Below are positions 41,546 to 51,490 of a DNA stretch of 64,000 bases, piece by piece. The stretch comes from Camelus dromedarius (lineage: Eukaryota), in assembly GCF_036321535.1 (NCBI RefSeq), contig NC_087437.1:75332001-75396000 (forward strand), read 5' to 3'. Made by a program: the position numbers and the translations under genes. Position 1 is the stretch's first letter; the number at the start of each line of letters is the position of its first letter. Under the pieces are notes generated by a model that saw only the letters and a program-made list of their open reading frames with translations, ran no database searches and had not been told where the DNA came from.

Positions 41546-41716
41546 TATAACAGCCTTGAACAACTTTGTATTAATTTTACCAATGAAAAATTACAACAGT
41601 TCTTTAATCAGCGCATGTTGGTATTGGAGCAAGAAGAATATAGGAAAGAAGGCATTGACTGGGTGGCCATTGACTTTGGCCTGGATTTGCAAGCCTGCAT
41701 AGATCTCATTGAGAAG
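41546..41716 (+). CDS. MYH15: MYH15 coding exon 14 (relay helix and loop, [21 protein letters not shown]...[11 protein letters not shown])
   Basis: Weak acceptor caactttgaag; donor AAG|gtaacg; [17 protein letters not shown] motif. Confidence 0.93.
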
Positions 41717-43434
41717 GTAACGTGTGCTTCTCTCCTCATCCGTTTTTGTTGAAGGGGAATTGTCCTTGCCTGCCATGTTGATCCCTGTCAAGACCCAGGC
41801 TCTGTCAAGTGGATGGGAAACAGGGCAGGAGAGTGGTGCACATTTTCTCTGAATGGTTTTTCTGCGCGGCATGCGTAGCATCCTAACTAAGCTCTCACGT
41901 CAGTTACCCTCCTCCATCATCTCTAACTCACGCTGTCGCTGCGCGTGTGCTGCTTACGCACGGCCTCGGCTGTTAATGCGTGAGGAAGCTTGTCGAGATT
42001 AAAAATGGTCATGCTCTTGACTGGGAAAACACAGAGCTGAAAATATGAACACTGTAGGGCCTGGCTCATTAACATAAGGTGAATGAGTAGACCCAGAGCA
42101 GCCTAACGAAATCTGGCAAATTAGCATGCAAACAAACAACTGCCCTAAATCCTCAAGGCCACTACCTTGCAGGATGTAGTTTGTTCATTTAATTGGACAA
42201 GTACCAGTTAGTTTAAGTAATTTATGACAATACTCCATGGCTTATTAGTAAATTAGCTGCAGTGTATGGTTTCTGAATTCAATGATGTTCCTGCACACTG
42301 AAATCTTTTCATGTGCTCTGGGAAAGATTAACCGGATTTGCTGGGAGAAATCAGTATGGTTTTCTCTGTGGCTTTGTTCAAGGGAGCAGCTCCATGCCCC
42401 TAGTGTCTTGCTATAACTGTGGATTGCAGTGAATTCTGGACACAGGTCTGGGAAGCCACCCTTTGCTGTCACATTTGATTCTCAGCCGCCTTGTCAGGAA
42501 GGGGTTACGGTGACTGGCCTCTCACTGTCCTTTGTGGGGCCCAGATTTTATCAATCACTGTCCCATCAATTTTATTTGTTCGACTTTAGATGAAACTACA
42601 TCTTCCTTGAAAATAGCCATAATTCCTAATGGGAGTGGACATCACATTGATTTTCTTTGTCTTATAACCTGTGAACTTCCTGCGGGGAGGACAGACTGAT
42701 TGAAAAAATGATGATAATGAACCAACTTGTGAGCTGATTAAAAATAATGATAATAATGACCCAATCATAATCTGGTAAATGTTGGATGACATTGTTAAAG
42801 CTACAGTTTTCTAATTAGAAATGAAACAAAAGAACTGGAGCTCCTTACAGGGACAGATTTAATTTTGGGCAATTGTCAGCTGCAATGGCTACTTACTCTA
42901 ACAATGGCAAGATATTGTTTTCAGGCAGGAAAGTGAGATGCAGACATTATTCAGATCCTGAGAAGTCTGTGAATGTTATTAATGATTTGTAGTTGATGTG
43001 AAGTCTTGTTTATGATAATCAAAGTTATTCTAAATAAGACACTAGCAACATGAATGTAATTTCCTGTTGTACTGTCTATTGATATGATAAAATGAGAAAA
43101 AAAAATGACCAGATGATAGAAGGAAAAGACAAGTTTTTGGTTTTCTATGAGTGATTTCAAAGATGTTGAGGTCAGGCAAATGCAGAACACCAAAACCTTT
43201 CTTGAAATGATTCTATATGTTGAAAAGATCATTGCGTTTGCTCAGGCTATGTGAAGAAAATTTGTAGTAAATATTAATGGTCAAACTTACTCCTTGAAAC
43301 AGAATGCATCATGGGAAGTTTTCAAAATTCAAAAGAACTAAAATACATCAGTACATATAAAATGTCTCATAGAATGGATCTGCGTGTATATATAAGGAAA
43401 AGAGAGATTTTCAGACATAAAAATTTTGTTTTAT

Positions 43435-43660
43435 TACTGTATATAAAACAGATACACAAGAAGGTCCTACTGTATAGCACAGGGAGCTATGTTCAGTTTC
43501 TCATAATAAGCTATAATTTAAAAAATCTGAAAAAAATATATGTATGTGTGTATGTGTGTGTATATATATATATATAACAGAATCTCTTTGCTGTACAACT
43601 GAAACTAACATTGTAAATCAAAATCAATTACACTTAAGTAAAAAATAAAATTTAAAAATA
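43435..43660 (+). mobile_element. L1 3'-end fragment (artiodactyl-type)
   Basis: aaggtcctactgtatagcacagggagctat...aactgaaactaacattgtaaatca followed by an A-rich tail. Confidence 0.8.
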
Positions 43661-44686
43661 TTCTCATGTTTTTATGTTTACAAAAAAGTTTATATCAAGC
43701 TAAAAAATGTATTTCAACACCAACTTTGTTGATTTGGTCTTCAAGTGTACAATGACCTCCTTCTATATATATGCAGTGAACAAATCTATTATAGGATTAG
43801 CTCACACTTATCTAATTACTGGAAATATTCTAGCTTGTTTAGAACTTGAGCATCAATAATTTACATATTAAAGTATTAAATATGATTACATATTTATGAT
43901 TTTATATAGGTATTGGTAAAGAAATTATTCTTACTATTTTTTAAACAAATACATCCAAAATTATATATTTGAAAGCTGTTGCCCCTTCAGTGTAGTCACC
44001 TTGGGAGGCTACCTCCTTATTTGAATAATTCAGCCCTTTTGGAAAAAGCCCCTCATAAGATGGGGATTGGGAGAAATTTTTAGATTTTTTACTATTTTTG
44101 AAAGAAAAGTAACTTCAATACTAATCATCTTAACTGTTTTTGAGTCCAACTGTATTACCTAGCTTGGTCACATTTTTTGCTTTATTTGTCTGACTTGGCC
44201 TGAATAAACTTGTGATTGTTTCTATATGGCATTACATGGTCAGACAACAGGAACTTTCCATGCGCCAATAGCCAAAGGAGTCAGATATCACACTGGAGGT
44301 TCTAAAATATTTTAAAGCCTTTTTAATTTGATTAATACCCTTTTATTTATTTGATAATAATTTTGGAGTTCTTTCCACAGCCATGCATCTATATACGTCA
44401 TTATTTTAAGGCTACCAGCTGCATAATATTCACTCTATTAACATGATTTTATTAACCAGCCTCTTGTTAATGGGCATTTAGTATCCTTCCAAAATTCTGG
44501 CATTGTAAACCATGATACAATGAACATCTTTGTATGTATCTTTATGCACATATTAGAATAGGATAATATAAATTCTCCAAAGGGAAATTAAATTTCTGGA
44601 CCAAAAGGGAGAACGTACACATATATTTAATATGTTTACATATTTAGATTTGTATCTAGTATATTGTGGAGCTCTTTCCAACCACA

Positions 44687-44786
44687 TTCTAATAAGAATG
44701 TCCCAGTATATACTTCCCTTAACAAAATTAGATATTATCAGTCTTTTTCATCTTTGTCCTGCTAATGTCAAAATTGATTCATTTTT
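44687..44786 (+). repeat. Left copy of a 100-bp direct repeat flanking the L1
   Basis: Aligns without gaps to 50089-50188 with 5 mismatches. Confidence 0.95.
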
Positions 44787-45101
44787 TAAACATTTTTTAT
44801 TGATTTATAATCATTTTACAATGTTGTATCAAATTCCAGTGTTCAGAACAATTTTTCAGTTATTCATGGACATATACACACTCATTGTCACATTTTTTTC
44901 TTTGTGAGTTATCATAACATTTTGTGTATATTTCCCTGTGCTATACAGTGTAGTCTATTCTACAATTTTGAAATCCCAGTCTATCCCTTCCCACCCTCCA
45001 CCCCCCGGTAACCACAAGTCTGTATTCTCTGTCTGTGAGTCTACTTCTGTCCTGTATTTACGCTTTGTTTTTGTTTGTTTGTTTGTTTTTGTTTTTGTTT
45101 T

Positions 45102-48100
45102 TTAGATTCCACATGTGAGCGATCTCATATGGTATTTTTCTTTCTCTTTCTGGCTTACTTCACTTAGAATGACATTCTCCAGGAGCATCCATGTTGCTGC
45201 AAATGGCATTATGTTGTCGGTTTTTATGGCTGAGTAGTATTCCATTGTATAAATATATCACATCTTCTTCATCCAGTCACCTGTTGATGGACATTTAGGC
45301 TGTTTCCATGTTTTGGCTATTGTAAATAGTGCTGCTATGAACATTGGGGTGCAGGTGTCATCCTGAAGTAGATTTCCTTCTGGATACAAGCCCAGGAGTG
45401 GGATTCCTGGGTCATATGGTAAGTCTATTCCTAGTCTTTTGAGGAATCTCCACACTGTTTTCCATAGTGGCTGCACCAGACTGCATTCTCACCAGCAGTG
45501 TAGGAGGGTTCCCCTTTCTCCACAGCCTCTCCAGCATTTGTCATTTGTGGATTTTTGAATGACGGCCATTCTGACTGGTGTGAGGTGATACCTCATTGTA
45601 GTTTTGATTTGCATTTCTCTGATAATTAGTGATATTGAGCATTTTTTCATGTGCTTTTTGATCATTTGTATGTCTTCCTTGGAGAATTGCTTGTTTAGGT
45701 CTTCTGCCCATTTTTGGATTGGGTTGTTTATTTTTTTCTTATTGAGTCGTATGAGCTGCTTATATATTCTGGAGATCAAGCCTTTGTCGGTTTCACTTGC
45801 AAAAATTTTCTCCCATTCCATAGGTTTTCTTCTTGTTTTATTTCTGGTTTCCTTTGCTGTGCAGAAGCTTGTAAGTTTCATTAGGTCCCATTTGTTTATT
45901 CTTGCTTTTATTTCTTCTAGGAGAAAATTTTTTAAATGTATGTCAGATAATGTTTTGCCTATGTTTTCCTCTAGGAGGTTTATTGTATCTTGTCTTATGT
46001 TTAAGTCTTTAATCCATTTTGAGTTGATTTTTGTGTATGGTGTAAGGGAGTGTTCTAGCTTCATTGTTTTACATGCTGCTGTCCAGTTTTCCCAACACCA
46101 TTTGCTGAAGAGACTGTCTTTATTCCATTGTATATTCTTGCCTCCTTTGTCAAAGATGAGTTGACCAAAAGTTTGTGGGTTCATTTCTGGGCTCTCTATT
46201 CTGTTCCATTGGTCTATATGTCTGTTTTGGTACCAATACCATGCTGTCTTGATGACTGTAGCTCTATAGTATTGTCTGAAGTCTGGGAGAGTTATTCCTC
46301 CAGCCTCTTTCTTTCTCTTCAGTAATGCTTTGGCAATTCTAGGTCTTTGATGGTTCCATATAAATTTTATTATGATTTGTTCTAGTTCTGTGAAATATGT
46401 CCTGGGTAATTGGATAGGGATTGCATTAAATCTGTAGATTGCCTTGGGCAGTGTGACCATTTTAACAATATTGATTCTTCCAATCCAAGAGCATGGAATA
46501 TCTTTCCATTTTTTAAAGTCTTCTTTAATTTCCTTCATCAATGGTTTATAGTTTTCTGTGTATAATTCTTTCACCTCCTTGGTTAGATTTATTCTAACCA
46601 AGGTATTTTATTACTTTGGGTGCTATTTTAAAGGGGATTGTTTCTTTACTTTCTTCTTCTGTTGATTTATCGTTAGTGTAAAGAAATGCAACTGATTTTT
46701 GAACGTTAATTTTGTAACCTGCTACCTTGCTGAATTCTTCAATCAGCTCTGGTAGCTTTTGTGTGGACCTTTTAGGGTTTTCTATATATAGTAACATGTC
46801 ATCAGCATATAATGACACTTTTACCTCTTCTTTTCCAATTTGGGTCCCTTTTATTTCTTTCTCTTGCCTGACTGCTGTGGCTAGGACTTCCAGGACTATG
46901 TTGAATAGGAGTGGTGATAGTGGGCATCCTTGTCTTGTCCCAGATTTTAGTGGGAAGCTTTTGAGTTTTTCACCGTTGAGTACTATGCTGGCTGTAGGTT
47001 TGTCATATATAGCTTTTATTATGTTGAGATATGTTCCCTCTATACCCACTTTGGCGAGAGTTTTTACCATAAATGGGTGTTGAATTTTATCAAATGCTTT
47101 TTCTGCATCGATTGAGATGATCATGTGGTTTTTGTCCTTTCTCTTGTTGATGTGATGTATTACACTGATTGATTTGCGTATGTTGAACCAGCCTTGTGTC
47201 CCTGGGATGAACCCCACTTGGTCATGATGTATAATCTTTTTTATGTGTTGTTGGATTGTATTTGCCAAAATTTTGGTGAGGATTTTGGCGTCTATGTTCA
47301 TCAGTGATATTGGCCTATAATTCTCTTTTTTTTGTAGTGTCTTTGCCTGGTTTTGGTATCAGGGTGATGGTGGCTTCATAGAATGAGTTTGGGAGTATTC
47401 CCTCCTTTTCAATCGTCTGGAAGAGTTTGAGAAGGACTGGTATGAGTTCTTCTTTGTATGTTTGGTAGAATTCCCCGGTGAAGCCGTCCGGTCCTGGACT
47501 TTTATTTGTAGGGAGGTTTTTAATTGCTATTTCTATTTCCTTTCTAGTGATCGGATTGTTCAAGTGTTCAGATTCTTCTTGATTCAGTTTTGGTGGACAG
47601 TATGTTTCCAGAAACTTGTCCATCTCCTCTAGGTTATCCAGTTTGGTTCCATACAGTTTTTCATAATATTCTCATATGATATTCTGTATTTCTATTTTGT
47701 TTGTTGTAATTTCTCCATTTTCCTTTCTTATTTTGCTAATTTGTGCTCTCTCTTTTTTCTTCTTTGTGAGTTTGGCCAGAGGTTTGTCAATTTTATTTAC
47801 TTTTTCAAAAAACCAGCTTTTGGTTTGGTTGATTTTTTCTATGGTCTTGTTTTAATCTCTATTGTATTTAATTCCCCTCTGATCTTTATTATTTCCTTCC
47901 TTCTGCTGCTTTTTGGGGCTTTTTGTTCTTCTTTTTCTAATTCATTCAGGTGGTGGGTTAAATTGTTTATTTGAGATTGTTCTTCTTTTTTGAGGAAGGC
48001 CTGTATCACTATAAACTTCCCTCTTAGCACTGCCTTTGCTGTGTCCCATAGGTTTTGAGTGGTTGTGCTTTCATTCTCATTTGTCTCAAGGTATTTTTTA

Positions 48101-48906
48101 ATTTCAGCTTTGATTTCCTCATTGATCCATTGTTTTTTCAATAACATATTGTTTAATCTCCATGCTTTCCTCTTTTTCTCCTTTGTTTCTCTGTTGTTGA
48201 TTTCCAGTTTCATGGCATTGTGGTCAGTAAAGATGCTTGAGATAATTTCTATCTTCTTAAAATTGTTGAGGTTTCTTTTGTGCCCAAGTACATGATCGAT
48301 CCTGGAAAATGTTCCATGTGCACTTGAAAAGAATGTATATCCTATTTTTGGGGGGTGTAATGCTCTGAAAATATCCACCAAATCTAGTTTTTCTATTGTA
48401 GTATTTAATTTCTCTGTTGCCTTGTTTATTTTCTGTCTGGAAGATCTGTCTAGTGATGTTAATGCAGTGTTAAAATCTCCAACTATGATTGTATTCCCAT
48501 CAATATCCCCCTTTATCTCTGTTAGTAATTCTTGTATGTACTTAGGTGCTCCTATATTGGGTGCATATATATTAACGAGTGTAATATCCTCATCTTGTAT
48601 CACTCCTTTAATCATTATAAAATGTCCTTCTTTATCTTTCTTTATGGCCTTTGTTTTAAAGTCTATTTTGTCTGAAATCAGTACTGCAACACCTGCTTTT
48701 TTGGCTTTTCCATTTGCATGGAATATCCTTTTCCATCCTTTCACTCTCAATCTATATGTGTCCTTCTCCCTAAAGTGGGTCTCTTGTATGCAGCATATTG
48801 AAGGTTCTTGCTTTATTATCCAGTCTGCCACTCTGTGTCTTTTGACTGGAGCATTTAGTCCATTAACATTTACACTAATTAATGATAGATGTGTGTTTAT
48901 TGCCAT
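45102..48906 (-). pseudogene. L1 ORF2p (endonuclease, reverse transcriptase, C-terminal domain), disrupted
   Basis: Starts [20 protein letters not shown] motifs GDFN and FTDHN; RT motifs RQGCPLSP and YADD. Lesions seen: frameshifts near 47850, 47330 and 46595; in-frame TGA at 47672-47674, 45489-45491 and 45258-45260. Confidence 0.93.
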
Positions 48907-49311
48907 TTTGAACTTAACTTTGCAGTTGAATTGGTATATCCTCTTTGTTCCTTTCTTCTTCCTTTTGTGGTTTGGTAATTTTCCTTTGTAATATCATGGA
49001 TTTTATTTAATTTTTGTGACTCCTTTGTAAATTTTTGGCTTGTGGTTACCCTTTTTTGTAAATCTGTCAACCCATTACTATAACTGTTTTTATTAAACTG
49101 ATAGTAACATGATCTCAAACCCATCCTACTGTTAAAAAAAATTTAAAAAAGAAAGAAAAAAATATTCTATATTTCCCTGCCTCCCTCTCCCACTCTCAGT
49201 GATTTGTATGTCTTCTTTTATAATTTCATGTTTACTTTATTTGTAATTCATGAGTTATCACCTTTCCAGTTGTGAGTTTCTCATTTCTGTAGCATCCTGC
49301 TGCTTTTCTAT

Positions 49312-50087
49312 TTAGAATAGCCCTTTCAATATTTCTTTTAGCATGGGTTTAGTGTTGCTAAACTCCTGCAGCTTTTTTTTTTGTCTGTGAAACTCTTTAT
49401 TTCTCCTTCTATCCTAAAGGATAGCCTTGCTGGATAAAGGATCCTAGGCTGCATCTTTTTTCCATTCAGGGCTTTGAATATATCTTGCCACTCCCTTCTG
49501 GCCTGTAGTGTTTGTGTAGAGAAATCAGCTGAGAGCCTTATGGGGGTTCCCTTGTAACTTACTCTTTGCTTTTCTCTTGTTGCCTTTAGAATCCTTTCTT
49601 TATCCTTGACTCTGGCCATCTTGATTATGATATGTCTTGGTGTGGGTCTATTTGGGTTCTTCCTGTTTGGGACCCTCTGAGCTTCCTGTACTTGGATATC
49701 TGATTCCTTCTTTAAGTTTGGGAAGTTTTCAGTCATGATTTCTTCAAAAACCTTTTCAATCCCCTTTGATCTTTCTTCTCCTTCTGGGACCCCTATTATG
49801 CGAAGATTGGGACGCTTTATATTATCCCATAGGTCCCTTATGCTATTTTCATTATTTTTTATTTGCTTCTCTTGTAGTTCTTCTGAATGGGTGCTTTCTA
49901 TTGCCCTGTCTTCTAGATCACTAATTCGTTCCTCTGCATTATCTAGTCGGCTTTGCACAGCTATTAGATCATTCCTCATCTCTGTCAATGAGTTTACCCA
50001 TTCTACTTGGCTCTTCTTTATAGCTTCAATTTCATTTTTGACATATTTTATATCTCTAAACACTATCTCTTTTAATTCCTTCAGCAC
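49312..50087 (-). pseudogene. L1 ORF1p remnant (N-terminus missing; +1 A frameshift in the A-run near 49375)
   Basis: Coiled-coil/RRM/CTD-like sequence; removing one A restores ...DKKKLQEFSNTKPMLKEILKGLF* ending at 49312. Confidence 0.9.
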
Positions 50088-50088
50088 C

Positions 50089-50188
50089 TTCTAGTAAGAA
50101 TGTCCCAGTGTATACTTCCCTTAACCAAATTAGATATTATCAATCTTTTTCATCTTTGTCCTACTAATGTCAAAATTGATTCATTTTT
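50089..50188 (+). repeat. Right copy of the 100-bp direct repeat flanking the L1
   Basis: Aligns without gaps to 44687-44786 with 5 mismatches. Confidence 0.95.
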
Positions 50189-50541
50189 GTTTTATTTATT
50201 TTTTTAACATTTAGTTTCCTTTACTTTTATTTATTTATGTAACATTTTTTATTGAGTTATAATCATTTTACAATGTTGTGTCAAATTCCAGAGGAGTACA
50301 ATTTTTCTGTCATATATAAACATACATATATTCATTGTCACATTCTTTCTCACTATGAGCTACCACAAGATCTTGTATATCTTTCCCTGTGCTATACGGT
50401 ATAATCTTGTTTATCTATTCTGCATATGCCTGTCAGTATCTACAAATTTTGAAATCCCAGTCTGTCCCTTCCCATCCCCTGCCCCCTTGGCAACCACAAG
50501 TTTGTATTCTATGTCTATGAGTCTGTTTCTGTTTTGTATTT
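50189..50541 (-). mobile_element. L1 3'-end fragment, related to but distinct from the adjacent long L1
   Basis: Similar to 44790-45058 (aacattttttattga.ttataatcattttacaatgttgt, gaaatcccagtct.tcccttccca, aaccacaagt) but with many differences and a longer T-rich tail. Confidence 0.9.
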
Positions 50542-50939
50542 AAATCCTGATAGCATCTTGGCAGTGAGTGTTGTCGCCTCCCAAATAGAGTTCTTTGGAT
50601 ATGCTAATTCTTATGTTTTTATTTTTAAATGAATCATTAATATCTTGTTATCCCTTGTATGCACATGAATATTTTCTTCAAACATGTAACTCCATGTTTT
50701 TTTGTTCACAGCTGTTACTTTCTGCCCACAGCAAAGCAGCCCAGGTCCCAAAACTCAAACCTGTATGTCTTAGTGTTCACCTATCAGTTAATTACTTAAT
50801 ACAATTTGCTGAAGACCTAGATTTTAGTCTCCTCAGGACCTACTATGTTAAGGGTTGTGAGAAATACAAACCAGAGGCATCATCCTGTCACTCAAGGAAC
50901 TTAGGGTATAATTGAAACATTGTCTTAAGATCAAAACTT

Positions 50940-51490
50940 TAAAAAAATTATTTAAAATTTTTTTATTTTTTAATTTTTATTGAAGTATAGTTGATTTACA
51001 ATGTGTTAATTTCTGGTGTACAACAAAGTGATTCAGTTATACATATATATATTCTTTCTTCATATTTTCCATGATGGTTTATTACCGGGTATTAAATATA
51101 GTTCCCTGTGCTATACCATAGGACCTTGCTGTTTGTTTATTTTATATACAGTTGTTTGTATCTGCTAATCCCAAACTCCTAATTTATCTCTCCTCCACCT
51201 CTTTCCCCTTTGGTAGCCATAAGTTTGTTTTCTGTCCATTAGTCCCTTTCTGTTTTGTAAATAAATTCATTTGTATCATATTTTAGATTCCATGTATAAG
51301 TGATATCATATGGTAATTTGTTTTTCTCTTTCTGACGTACTTCTTTTAGTATAATAGTCTCTAGGTCCATCCATGTTGCTACAAATGGCATTATTTCATT
51401 CTTTTTTATGGCTGAGTAATATTCCTTTATATATATATCACATCTTCTTTATTCATTCATCTGTCGATGGACATTTAGGTGGCTTCCATA
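50940..51490 (-). mobile_element. 5'-truncated L1 3' end (artiodactyl-type) with a 15-bp TSD
   Basis: TSD ttaagatcaaaactt at 50925-50939 and 51491-51505; tail motif tattgaagtatagttgatttacaatg. Confidence 0.9.

Larger units (their letters stand above)
44787..50088 (-). mobile_element. Relatively young LINE-1, 5'-truncated within ORF1, antisense in the intron after coding exon 14
   Basis: ORF track gives recognisable L1 ORF1 (RPTPRHIIIK, ARREW, YPARLSF) and ORF2 pieces; ~400-bp inter-ORF spacer; 3' UTR with AATAAA and only a short A tail near 44790. Confidence 0.96.

Noticed and set aside
45258..45491. Two TGG>TGA stops in L1 ORF2 as possible APOBEC3 editing
   Set aside because: Only two events, in different 3' contexts (G and T), with no broader G>A excess visible; compatible with ordinary decay.
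47322..49382. Single-A frameshifts in L1 homopolymer runs as programmed frameshift sites
   Set aside because: More simply explained by slippage mutation or sequencing homopolymer error in a dead copy.
45604..50094. Long + strand ORFs (186, 189, 118 and 119 aa) inside the L1
   Set aside because: These are antisense shadows of L1 ORF1/ORF2 produced by codon bias; they are Phe/Leu/Ser-rich with no independent homology.
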